DNA from: an uncultured delta proteobacterium
GTDB lineage: Bacteria; Myxococcota; UBA727; VGSZ01
Direction of reading: 5' to 3'
NCBI GenBank assembly: GCA_963775425.1
Contig: CAVZJB010000016.1
Coordinates: 288,001 to 352,000 of the forward strand
Length of the DNA stretch: 64,000 nt
The position numbers and the translations under genes were made by a program. Of the stretch, positions 7,723 to 18,432 are shown piece after piece. Every line of letters starts with the position of its first letter. Position 1 is the first letter of the stretch. Under the pieces are notes generated by a model. The model ran no database searches, was not told the DNA's origin, and worked only from the letters and a program-made list of their open reading frames with translations.

Positions 7723-9414
7723 ATGCCGCGCATCCAAAAGCCCGCTCTCCAGACCATGTACGACAAGCTGACCCGCTCACCGGGCCAGCGGCTCGACCTC
7801 GACGAGCTGGTCTCCATCGTCGGCGACAAGAAGGTCCTCGGCTTCACCACCACCACCTCGGCGGCCGTGGCACGCACGCTCGAGAGGGGCAATCTCAGCG
7901 CCGCCGAGAAGCTCGAGCTCGCCAAGGCCGGCCTGGACGAGGGCGAGAAGGCGGACCTGAGGGAGCTGTTGAACGACGACGCGTTCAAAAAGACGCTCGA
8001 CCCGGCCGCCACCAACTTCCTCCGCGCCCTCCTCGGCCTCGAGGCGCTCGCGCACACCCCGTCGGGCGGCCCGGCGTCCGGCGGCGCCGCGGACGTCCAC
8101 AAGGCGCCCGAGATCGTCGCCGACAAGAACGCGCCCGAGGTCATCGCGGCCACCAAGCTGCGCGAGCTCATCAAGAGCGGCGACCTGCAGAAGTACTACG
8201 ACGCGTCCATCGGCGCCGTCGACGACCCCGCGCTGAAGGCGGAGGCGGAGGCGCTGTTCAAGCAGCTCCCCGTCGTGAAGCCCGGCATGGCGGCGACGGA
8301 CTTCGTGAAGGCCGGCCTGTGGGCCAAGGCGCCGCAGGGCATCGAGGAGATGCAGAAGTCTGCGCGCTACCTTCCGGGCCGCCAGGTCCTCGTGGAGACC
8401 ACCTGCTACGCCAAGGTCCCCGCGCGCAGCGACGTCACCTACGAGACCCAGCGCAAGAAGATCGGCTCCTACGACCCCAACGGCAAGCTGGCCGTCACCT
8501 ACCGCGCCACCCTCGTGGGCGCCGACCCCAACAACGACAAGAACTTCCTCGTGAAGGTCGACGGCTCCGACAAGCCCATCTCGGTGACGAAGGCGAGCAT
8601 CTTCGAGCACAACCAGCCGCACGAGCTGGGCAAGGAGTACATCAAGTCCGACACGCACCGCGAGCTCCCCTACAACTGGACCACGTGGGACATGGACTAC
8701 GCGTCGCCGCTGGCGCGCGCGAAGCTGTGCGAGGTCGCCATCAAGATGGACGAGCTCGTGGGCAAGCTGGACTTCAGCAAGCAGAAGACCGAGGGCGGCA
8801 GCGGCATCAACGTCTTCGGCCGCGGCGACGTGGCGCAGAAGATGGTGGACCTGCAGAAGAAGTGCGTGGAGACCGTCTTCCGCTCCATCAACATGAAGTA
8901 CCCGCGTGAGGACGGCCGGCCCTTCGACGACCCCGGCCGCGCTCCCCAGGGCAACCGCGACGTCGCGCGCCAGGCCATCAAGGGCACGGGCATGTGCGTG
9001 CAGCAGTCCACCGTGTTCGGCGGCCTGATGACCCCGTTCATGGAGGTCCTCGGCGTCGACGGGCAGTACCGCTCCGGCAACTGCTACCGCAACATCCGCG
9101 GCGCCACCGACAACGTCTACGCGCCCGACTACGCGTCCGGCCACGGCTGGTGGCAGATCACGTTCCGCCCCTCGATGGACATGACGGTCACGGACAGGAC
9201 GTGGAACCAGGTCAACCTGGACCTCGACCGCGCCTACGGCTTCCCCTACGGCGACCGCTACGCCAACAAGAACATCACCGGCTTTCACCCCAAAAAACCG
9301 AGCGCCACCGACGTCAACGTCACCGGCGACGTCACGGTGGAGACGGTGGAGAGACAGTTCTCCCACGCCGGCGACGGCCGCGAGAACCACATCAGCCACA
9401 GCCAGGATCCCTGA
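7723..9414 (+). CDS. hypothetical protein with C-terminal transglutaminase-like Cys-His-Asp domain
   Basis: GTGMC(425)VQQS...LG...GH(474)GWWQI...TD(491)RTW spacing fits the transglutaminase-like catalytic triad. Confidence 0.7.
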   Translation: MPRIQKPALQTMYDKLTRSPGQRLDLDELVSIVGDKKVLGFTTTTSAAVARTLERGNLSAAEKLELAKAGLDEGEKADLRELLNDDAFKKTLDPAATNFLRALLGLEALAHTPSGGPASGGAADVHKAPEIVADKNAPEVIAATKLRELIKSGDLQKYYDASIGAVDDPALKAEAEALFKQLPVVKPGMAATDFVKAGLWAKAPQGIEEMQKSARYLPGRQVLVETTCYAKVPARSDVTYETQRKKIGSYDPNGKLAVTYRATLVGADPNNDKNFLVKVDGSDKPISVTKASIFEHNQPHELGKEYIKSDTHRELPYNWTTWDMDYASPLARAKLCEVAIKMDELVGKLDFSKQKTEGGSGINVFGRGDVAQKMVDLQKKCVETVFRSINMKYPREDGRPFDDPGRAPQGNRDVARQAIKGTGMCVQQSTVFGGLMTPFMEVLGVDGQYRSGNCYRNIRGATDNVYAPDYASGHGWWQITFRPSMDMTVTDRTWNQVNLDLDRAYGFPYGDRYANKNITGFHPKKPSATDVNVTGDVTVETVERQFSHAGDGRENHISHSQDP

Positions 9415-9479
9415 CGCGCAGGCGCGGCTTTGTCGGGGGGCCGACAGACGGCGGCGGCGGGGGCGGCGATGCTCTGTGC

Positions 9480-10001
9480 ATGCGCTCCCTCACCGACCAC
9501 CTCTCGAGCTATGCCGCCTACCACCGGGACCCGCGGAACATCGCCACCCACTTCGTGGGCATCCCGATGATCATGGTCGCCGTCGCCACGCTGCTCGCCC
9601 GCCCGGCGATCGCGGTGGGGCCGGTGCCCCTGTCGCCCGCCGTGCTGCTCATCCTCGGCGTGCTCGTGTTCTACGCCCGGCTCGACCGCCGCTTCGCCCT
9701 GGTGATGACGGTCATCCTCGGCGGCACGGGGGTGCTGGCGAGCTTCCTCGCGGCGCAATCGACGGCGGTGTGGCTCGGGGCGGGCCTCGGCCTGTTCGTC
9801 GTCGGCTGGATCATCCAGTTCGTCGGCCACTTCTTCGAGGGCCGCAAGCCGGCGTTCGTGGACGACCTCGTCGGCCTCGTCGTCGGCCCGCTCTTCGTCG
9901 TCGCCGAGGCGGGCTTCGCGGCCGGCTTCCGCGAAGAGGTGAAGGAAGAGATCGAGCGCCGGTCCGGCCCCGTGCGCCTGCGTGAAGCCGCCCCGGGCTG
10001 A
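9480..10001 (+). CDS. DUF962/Mpo1-like 2-hydroxy fatty acid dioxygenase family membrane protein
   Basis: YAAYHRDPRNIATHFVGIP and QFVGHFFEGRKPAFVDD signature motifs. Confidence 0.9.
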   Translation: MRSLTDHLSSYAAYHRDPRNIATHFVGIPMIMVAVATLLARPAIAVGPVPLSPAVLLILGVLVFYARLDRRFALVMTVILGGTGVLASFLAAQSTAVWLGAGLGLFVVGWIIQFVGHFFEGRKPAFVDDLVGLVVGPLFVVAEAGFAAGFREEVKEEIERRSGPVRLREAAPG

Positions 10002-10025
10002 TCCCGCGTCGGGTAGGATCGGCGC

Positions 10026-10712
10026 GTGGACGCCGGCGCGTATCGCGCGCTCCTGCTGCAGGGGCGCTGGTTCTCGGGGATCCCGGAGGCCTTCCAGGAG
10101 GCGCTCCTCGCGCGCGCGGTGGTCCGCGATTTCGCTTCGGGGGAGCGGCTGTTCTCGCGGGGGGACCCGCCCGGCGGCATCTACGCCGTCGTCGACGGCA
10201 TCGTCCGCATCACGGCGAGCACCGACGCGGGCAAGGAGGCGCTCCTCACGCTCCAGGAGCCGCCGGCGTGGTTCGGCGAAATCGCGGTGTTCGACGGCCA
10301 GGCCCGCACCCACGACGGCGTCGCCGACGGCGCCGCCCGCGTGCTCCACGTGCCCCAGGCCGCGATGGACGCGATCCTCTCCGCGCAGCCCGTGTGGTGG
10401 CGGGACCTCGCGCTCCTCGTCACCCAGAAGCTCCGGCTCATGTTCCTCGCGATGGAGGACGTCACCACGCAGCCCCTGCCCGCGCGGCTCGCCCGGCGGC
10501 TGTTGTTGATGGCCGAGGGCTACGGTGACTGGCACGCGCGAAAGCTGCGCGCCCTCGACGTCAAGCAGGAGCAGCTCGCGTCCATGCTCTCGACGTCGCG
10601 GCAGTCCGTGAACCAGGCGCTCAAGGACCTCGAGCAAAAGGGCGTCGTGAAGCTCGCCTACGGCCAGGTCGAGATCGTGGACCTCGACGCCCTGCGCGCG
10701 CTCGCGGCTTGA
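10026..10712 (+). CDS. Crp/Fnr family transcriptional regulator
   Basis: cNMP domain (WFGEIAVFDGQARTHD) and HTH (QEQLASMLSTSRQSVNQAL). Confidence 0.92.
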   Translation: MDAGAYRALLLQGRWFSGIPEAFQEALLARAVVRDFASGERLFSRGDPPGGIYAVVDGIVRITASTDAGKEALLTLQEPPAWFGEIAVFDGQARTHDGVADGAARVLHVPQAAMDAILSAQPVWWRDLALLVTQKLRLMFLAMEDVTTQPLPARLARRLLLMAEGYGDWHARKLRALDVKQEQLASMLSTSRQSVNQALKDLEQKGVVKLAYGQVEIVDLDALRALAA

Positions 10713-10742
10713 TCAAGCGCGGCCGCTCCCCCCGGTCGCTGA

Positions 10743-11594
10743 TCAGCGCGGACAGTTCTTGGCGGGGTGGACGGGGAACTTGGCCGGAGCGGCGGCCCAC
10801 GCCGCGTCGCCGCGGAGGGCGACGTCGGGCTCGGGCGAGGGCCAGCGCAGCTCCACGGGCTTTCCCTTCTTGAGCTCGACGCGGACGCCGTCGGCGGTGT
10901 GGTGGGCCGCGGTGATGGCGACGACGGCGTCGCCCTCGGAGAAGGCGCCCTGGCCGAGCAGGCTCTGGGCGAAGGCGATGCGGGGCGTGGGCTTGCCGCA
11001 GATCTCCTGCACGTAGCGGCGGCTGGGCACCCCCGACAGCACCGTGAACGACGGCGGCAGCGACGCCAGCGCCTGGCGGCTCGCGCGCGACAACACAGGG
11101 CCGGTGAACTGCGGGACGGGCGCGTGGTGCTGGGGGAAGCCGGCGAACAGCACGCGCTCGACGGCCGGGTCGCGCGGGCCGCGGGCGCGGATGACGTCGA
11201 GGTCGACCTGCACGTTGTCCCCCTCGGGCCGGACGCCGCGGACCACGCCCTCGGTGAGGAACAGCTCCTCGTAGCCGGGCAGGACCAGGGCGGTGACCAG
11301 CTCGTCGCCCTGCATCTCCACGAACGCCGAGGCGTACGCGATGTGCTCGACGTGATCGCGCACGCAGCTCTCGGTGCTGATGGAGCCCCGCAGCGACGGG
11401 CACGTGATGATCACGCGCTCGAAGTCGCGGGTGCGATCGATGAGCGCGTGCCGCGCCTCGAGGAACGCGCTCTTGAGCTCGGCGCGCACCGCCGCGGACT
11501 TTTCGTCATGGGCGTAGGCGCGGCGGGCGTCGCTGAGGGCGGCCTCGGGATCGATCGGGCCGGCGACGGCGAGCGAGAGCATCAGCGCGAGCAC
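10743..11594 (-). CDS. hypothetical secreted protein
   Basis: Signal peptide, coding-like codon usage, lies 4 bp downstream of the previous co-directional gene. Confidence 0.6.
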   Translation of the reverse strand: MLALMLSLAVAGPIDPEAALSDARRAYAHDEKSAAVRAELKSAFLEARHALIDRTRDFERVIITCPSLRGSISTESCVRDHVEHIAYASAFVEMQGDELVTALVLPGYEELFLTEGVVRGVRPEGDNVQVDLDVIRARGPRDPAVERVLFAGFPQHHAPVPQFTGPVLSRASRQALASLPPSFTVLSGVPSRRYVQEICGKPTPRIAFAQSLLGQGAFSEGDAVVAITAAHHTADGVRVELKKGKPVELRWPSPEPDVALRGDAAWAAAPAKFPVHPAKNCPR

Positions 11595-11598
11595 GGGT

Positions 11599-12204
11599 TC
11601 ACCTCACGAGACGGACGACAGGAGCGAGCGCCGCGAGCACCGCGGTCAACAGGCCGCGGTCGCCGCCCACCGACGCCTTCAGCGTGGTGGGTGAGGCGCC
11701 CGCGAGGACGGCGTCGATGGCCGCGGCGTCGAGGGAGACGGCGAGCACGCGGGTGGCCTCGTCGACCGGCCCGCGGGCCACGCTGTACTTGCCGCTCGCG
11801 CCGGCGCCTTTGATGTCGAAGTCGACGCGGGCGTCGTCGATCTTCTGCACGGCGGCGACGACGACGTCGAGGTCGCCGGGCTTGGGCGCGCGCAGCTTGT
11901 CGAGCTCGGCCTTGAGCTGCGGCGCCGCGGGCAGGCCGTCGACCACCGCCTGCAGCTCACGCTGCAACAGCGCCCAGCCGCCGCGCGGGATGGCCGCGGC
12001 GACCAGGGGGGCCTTGGCGAAGCCCTTCTTGGCCGAGAGCTTCCCGCCGTCGACGACGATGGTGAAGGTGCCCTCCCCCGCCGCCTCGATCTCGAATTCG
12101 ACGCGGGCCTTGGCCCGCAATTCGGGCGGCGGCGCCAGCTTCTCCTCGAGGACGCCGAGCACGGCGGCGTCGAGGGTGGCGGCGAGGGTGTCGGGGATCT
12201 TCAT
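11599..12204 (-). CDS. hypothetical protein with SCP2-like N-terminal region
   Basis: MKIPDTL start overlaps the PfkB stop (ATGA); FEIEAAGEGTFTIVVDGGKL resembles SCP2. Confidence 0.6.
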   Translation of the reverse strand: MKIPDTLAATLDAAVLGVLEEKLAPPPELRAKARVEFEIEAAGEGTFTIVVDGGKLSAKKGFAKAPLVAAAIPRGGWALLQRELQAVVDGLPAAPQLKAELDKLRAPKPGDLDVVVAAVQKIDDARVDFDIKGAGASGKYSVARGPVDEATRVLAVSLDAAAIDAVLAGASPTTLKASVGGDRGLLTAVLAALAPVVRLVR

Positions 12205-13145
12205 GCGAGGTTGACGTTGCCTTCGAACGCGGAGAGCTGGTGCAAGCGCTGCCAGCGCTGCCCGATCTCCTCGTGGTCGAGCGGCAGCATGCGGTCGAAG
12301 CTGAACTGCTCGACGACGAAGCTGGCCATCACGGTGCCCATCACCATGGCGCGCCGCCACAGCATGTCGTCGGGGACCTCGCCCTTGGACACGTGGCGAT
12401 CGAGCCACCCCATGAAGCCGCCGGCGAAGGTGTCGCCCGCGCCGGTGGGGTCGAAGACGTCCTCGAGGGGGAACGCGGGCACGAACGAGATGTGCTCGCC
12501 GCGGAAGCAAAGCGCGCCGTACTCGCCGCGCTTGACGACGACGTTCAGCGGCCCCATGCGGCCGCCGACGCGCTGGATGGCCCGCGCCGCCTTGACGATG
12601 TTGTGCTCGCCCGAGAACAGGCGCGCCTCGCTCTCGTTCATGAACACCACGTCGACGCCCTTCATGGCCTCCACGAGCGCGCTGCGCTTGGTGTTGATCC
12701 AGAGGTTCATCGAGTCGATGCCGACGAGCCGCGGCTCCTTCACCTGCTCGAGCACGCGGCGCTGGAGGTCCGGGTCGATGTTGGCGAGGAACACCGTCTC
12801 GGCCCGGCGGTACTCGTCGGGCAGCTTGGGGTCGAAGCCCGCGAACACGTTGAGCTGGGTGTCGAGGGTCTGCGCCTCGTTGAGATCGAGGCCGTACTTG
12901 CCCTTCCAGTGGAAGGTCTTTCCGGGCACGCGCAGCAGGCCGGCGGTGTCGATGCCGCGCTTGCCGAGGCCCTTGACGTGGTCCTCGGGGAAGTCCTCGC
13001 CGACGATGGCGCACAGCTTGACGCCCGTGAAGAACGACGCGGACAGCGAGAAGTAGTTGGCGGACCCTCCGAGCGCCTGGTCGCGCTTGCCGTAGGGGGT
13101 CTCGAGGGTATCGAACGCGACGGAGCCGACGACGACGATGCTCAT
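12201..13145 (-). CDS. PfkB family sugar/nucleoside kinase
   Basis: VVGSVAFD...LGGSANY N-terminus; DPTGAGDTFAGG PfkB signature. Confidence 0.92.
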   Translation of the reverse strand: MSIVVVGSVAFDTLETPYGKRDQALGGSANYFSLSASFFTGVKLCAIVGEDFPEDHVKGLGKRGIDTAGLLRVPGKTFHWKGKYGLDLNEAQTLDTQLNVFAGFDPKLPDEYRRAETVFLANIDPDLQRRVLEQVKEPRLVGIDSMNLWINTKRSALVEAMKGVDVVFMNESEARLFSGEHNIVKAARAIQRVGGRMGPLNVVVKRGEYGALCFRGEHISFVPAFPLEDVFDPTGAGDTFAGGFMGWLDRHVSKGEVPDDMLWRRAMVMGTVMASFVVEQFSFDRMLPLDHEEIGQRWQRLHQLSAFEGNVNLA

Positions 13146-13199
13146 TTCTTCACCTTTCCGTACGCCCTCGTCCGAACGCGCACTGTTCTCGAAAAAACC

Positions 13200-14069
13200 T
13201 CACCCGAGCAGGTCGCCGACGATGCCGGCGAGCCTGCGCTTGCTGTCGATGGGCGCCGCGTCTCTCGACGTCATGACGGCGCCGCGCGCGATGTCCGCGA
13301 AGGGGCTCTTGTCGGGCGCGCCCGGCTGCGCCAGCGCCCGCGCCACGCCGCGCACGGCCTCCTGCGCCACCGCCGCGCACTTGTGGAGCACCGCGATGAC
13401 GGCGTCGACGTTGACGGCCTCCTCGCTCTCCTTCCAGCAGTCGTAGTCGGTGGCGAGCGCGAGGGTGGCGTAGCTGAGACCGGCCTCGCGCGCGAGCTTG
13501 GCCTCGGGCACGTTGGTCATGCCGACGACGTCGGCGCCCCACTGCCGGTAGAGCTTGCTCTCGGCGCGGGTGGAGAACGCGGGGCCCTCGATGCACACGT
13601 AGGTGCCGCCGTCGTGCACGGTGGCGCCGGTGGCGCGCGCGGCCGCGAGCAGCAGCGGCCGCAGCGTGGCGCAGACCGGGTCCCCGAACGGCACGTGGCC
13701 GACGACGCCGTCGCCGAAGAACGTGGAGCAGCGCCGCGTGGTGCGGTCGATGAACTGATCGACGACGACGAGGTGCCCGGGGGCGATGGCCTCCTTGAGC
13801 GAGCCCACCGCGCTCACGGAGACGACGAAGGAGCAGCCGAGGTGCTTGAGCGCCCAGATGTTGGCGGCGTACGGGACCTCGGTGGGCAGGAGCCGGTGGC
13901 CGCGCCCGTGGCGGGGCAGGAAGGCCACGCGGGTGCCTTCGAGGGTGCCGAGGATGAGGTCGTCCGAGGGCATGCCCCACGGAGTCTCCACGGCGGCGCG
14001 CTCGACGTCGGCGATGCCGCTCATGTCGTACAGGCCGCTGCCGCCGATGACACCCAGGTGCGCTTGCAT
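13200..14069 (-). CDS. mtnP: S-methyl-5'-thioadenosine phosphorylase
   Basis: GVIGGSGLY, FLPRHGRGH, EGPAFSTRAES, VGMT..PEAKLARE, TDYDCW. Confidence 0.93.
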   Translation of the reverse strand: MQAHLGVIGGSGLYDMSGIADVERAAVETPWGMPSDDLILGTLEGTRVAFLPRHGRGHRLLPTEVPYAANIWALKHLGCSFVVSVSAVGSLKEAIAPGHLVVVDQFIDRTTRRCSTFFGDGVVGHVPFGDPVCATLRPLLLAAARATGATVHDGGTYVCIEGPAFSTRAESKLYRQWGADVVGMTNVPEAKLAREAGLSYATLALATDYDCWKESEEAVNVDAVIAVLHKCAAVAQEAVRGVARALAQPGAPDKSPFADIARGAVMTSRDAAPIDSKRRLAGIVGDLLG

Positions 14070-14101
14070 GGCGCCGTCGGTATCGCAGGACGCGCGATCG
14101 T

Positions 14102-14836
14102 TCAACGCTCGATGCGGCCCACGTCCGTCGAAGCGAGCGGCTGCGGCGCCGCGAGCGGCCGCGGCAGCTCGGCGGGGTCCTTCGCGTCGCGCTCGGCGCC
14201 GGCGGCGCGGGCGATGCGGGCGGCGAGGTCGCCGTTCCACGCGATCACCGCGTCGCGGTACGTGGCGGCGGCGGCTGCGTGAGCGACGGGCTCGACGAGC
14301 ACCTTCTCGAGGATGAGCGCAGGCAGCATCAGGCTGATGCCGAGGGCGGTCCCCATGCTCATGGCGTTCGCGAGGCCCCCGCCTCCGCTCGCCGAGCCCG
14401 AGGCCGGCGCGGCCAACGACAGCACCGCGCCGAGCCCGACGCCGGAGAGGAACCCGGTGGCCACGGCCACGCCGGGGCCGATCCGGGTGACGCCGCGATC
14501 AACGGCGACCTCCGGCGCGAGCATGTGCTCCTGCGCCACGTGGGACGCGGAGACGAACAGCACCGCGGCGTCGTCGTACGCGGGGGTGGAGACCTCGGCG
14601 CACGCCCGGTGCGTCTCACGCGCGACGACGGTGGGCGTCACGCCCGGGCGGCGGATGGTGCCGTCCTCGAGGGTGAGCTCGTAGCGGCGCTGGAGCGCCG
14701 CGCGGGCGCCTGCGCTCCCGTCGTTTCGCAGCTCGTCGTCGAGCGGCGGCAAGCCGATGGAGGTGGTGCGGCACGCGGTGGCCGCGAGCGCGGCCACGAG
14801 CAGGACTCCGGTGGGTGACAAGCGGTGCAAAACCAT
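14102..14836 (-). CDS. hypothetical lipoprotein with two C-terminal hydrophobic helices
   Basis: Lipobox-like LAATAC; Gly-rich hydrophobic hairpin. Confidence 0.6.
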   Translation of the reverse strand: MVLHRLSPTGVLLVAALAATACRTTSIGLPPLDDELRNDGSAGARAALQRRYELTLEDGTIRRPGVTPTVVARETHRACAEVSTPAYDDAAVLFVSASHVAQEHMLAPEVAVDRGVTRIGPGVAVATGFLSGVGLGAVLSLAAPASGSASGGGGLANAMSMGTALGISLMLPALILEKVLVEPVAHAAAAATYRDAVIAWNGDLAARIARAAGAERDAKDPAELPRPLAAPQPLASTDVGRIER

Positions 14837-15073
14837 CGTGGCCTCGGGGCGACAAGGATGGCGCCTCGCCGGCCTCCCCGCACGCGGAACCTCGGCGCGC
14901 CTCATCGGCCTGACGGCGGACGCGTCGCCCCGCGTCGTCCGCGACGCGCCGCGACAACAGGCGAGCGTGGACGGCCAGCGCGTGCGACTCGCGGTCACGG
15001 CAGCGGTCGCGGTCTGTGCCGTCCCTCACCGTGACCGCGTGCGGCGTCCCCACGCTCGCAACCTGATCGGTTT

Positions 15074-16255
15074 CTAGTCCACCACCGGCAGCGACGCGCG
15101 GCGCGCCTCGTCGAGCTTCTTGGCGCCGAGCATCCCGCAGGCGGCATCGATGTCGAGGCCGCGGGTGGTGCGCACGAAGCACGACACATGGGCGCGGTCG
15201 AGGATGCGGCGGAAGCTCTCCACGCGCTGGTCGTCGGGGCGCTCGAAGGGGGAGAGCGGGTGCGGGTTGAAGGGGATGAGGTTCACCTTGGTGGGCATGC
15301 CCTTGAGGAGGGACACCACACGGCGGGCGTCGTCGTCGCTGTCGTTGACGCCCTTCAGGAGCACGTACTCGAAGGTGATGCGGCGCCGCGGCTTGAGCGG
15401 GAACGCGCGGCAGGCCTCCAGGAGCGCAGCGATGTCCCAGCGCTTGTCGACGGGCATGATGCTGCGGCGCACCTCGTCGGTGCTGGCGTTCAAGCTGACC
15501 GCGAGGTGCACGTCGGTCTCCACGCCGAGCCGGGCGATGGCGGGGACGAGGCCGGACGTGGAGACGGTGATGCGCCGCGGGCTCATCGCGGGCCCTTGCG
15601 GGTGCGTGAGCAGCCCGATGGCCGCGATGACACCGTCGACGTTGTGCAGCGGCTCGCCCATGCCCATGAACACGATGTTGCGCGGGAGCGCGCCCGCGGG
15701 CTTTGCGTCGTCCTCGTCGTCGTCGGCGTCGAAGGGGCCGGCAGGGGCGGCGGCCGGCGCACGACCCTTGGCGTCGTCGCCGAGATCGCGGCACACGGCG
15801 TAGAGCTGGCCGACAATCTCGCCGGGCGAGAGGTCGCGCACGAGCTTGAGCGACGCCGTCGCGCAGAAGGTGCAGCCCATGGCGCAGCCGACCTGGCTCG
15901 AGATGCACAGGGCGTTTCTGCCGGGGCCCGAGGCGTCCGGGATCCACACCGCCTCGACCGCGTGGCCGTCGTGCGTCGTCAGCCGGTACTTGCGGGTGCC
16001 GTCGCGGGCGACGCGCACCTCGTCCACGGTGGGGCTGTGCAAGGCCGCGCGCTCGGCCAGCCGCTCGCGGAGCACGCGCGGAAGGTCGGTCATCTCCTCG
16101 AACGACGAGGCCATTCGCTGATGGAGCCACGCGAAGATCTGCCGCGCGCGAAACGAGCGTTCGCCGAGCGCGCGCACGAACCCCTCTAGCTCCGAGGGAG
16201 CCATCGCGAGTAGATCGGCGCGCTCCGATCGATCTGTCCCTGGGGTGCCGTACAT
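15074..16255 (-). CDS. rlmN: 23S rRNA A2503 / tRNA A37 C2-methyltransferase RlmN (radical SAM)
   Basis: CISSQVGCAMGCTFC, NIVFMGMGEP, FEYVLLKGVND, DIDAACG; acidic insertion before NIVFMG. Confidence 0.95.
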   Translation of the reverse strand: MYGTPGTDRSERADLLAMAPSELEGFVRALGERSFRARQIFAWLHQRMASSFEEMTDLPRVLRERLAERAALHSPTVDEVRVARDGTRKYRLTTHDGHAVEAVWIPDASGPGRNALCISSQVGCAMGCTFCATASLKLVRDLSPGEIVGQLYAVCRDLGDDAKGRAPAAAPAGPFDADDDEDDAKPAGALPRNIVFMGMGEPLHNVDGVIAAIGLLTHPQGPAMSPRRITVSTSGLVPAIARLGVETDVHLAVSLNASTDEVRRSIMPVDKRWDIAALLEACRAFPLKPRRRITFEYVLLKGVNDSDDDARRVVSLLKGMPTKVNLIPFNPHPLSPFERPDDQRVESFRRILDRAHVSCFVRTTRGLDIDAACGMLGAKKLDEARRASLPVVD

Positions 16256-16319
16256 GGGTCAGGCAAGGCGTATCCGCCCCAGGCGGCCCCGCCAACCCCG
16301 ACCACACATGGAGTCGACG

Positions 16320-18056
<1,737 letters not shown>

Positions 18057-18200
18057 CCCGCGCGCGCGCCTGGCGGCGCTCGAGAGCCCCGGCACGCGGG
18101 CGGCGCCGTCGCCGCCGCCCGCGTCGACGCGGCCCGCACGGCACGTAGGCCGCCCATCTTGTGGGGCGCGTCGGAGGCACCGGCAACGTCCGCCTGGGCT

Positions 18201-18260
18201 CTCCGTCGCGGGGGACAAGCCCCCGCCCTACGGGGCGTCGGGGGACAGGTCCCGCCGTAC
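18201..18260 (-). repeat. two tandem GTAG/GTAC REP-like palindromes
   Basis: Minus strand GTACGGCGGGACCTGTCCCCCG then GTAGGGCGGGGGCTTGTCCCCCGC, in the intergenic gap. Confidence 0.7.
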
Positions 18261-18432
18261 GGGACGTCGACGCAGCCGACGTCGAGCCCCGCTGCCCGAG
18301 GCGTGGATGCTCCGCGCCGGGGCTCTTCTTTTGTCCGTGCAATCGTCACCGCTGGGGCATGGCGCCACTGTAGGAGGTTGTCGTACCCCGCCAGGCCGGC
18401 TAGAGGGGGCCAGGCTTTTCCTCGAGGACATC

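Noticed and set aside
12201-14069. mtnP plus PfkB kinase pair as a novel pathway
   Set aside because: This is a commonly seen nucleoside-salvage pairing
14990-15039. Hairpin (cgcggtcacgg...ccgtgaccgcg) downstream of rlmN as an ncRNA or riboswitch
   Set aside because: No recognisable family motif; it may be only a terminator-like stem in GC-rich DNA
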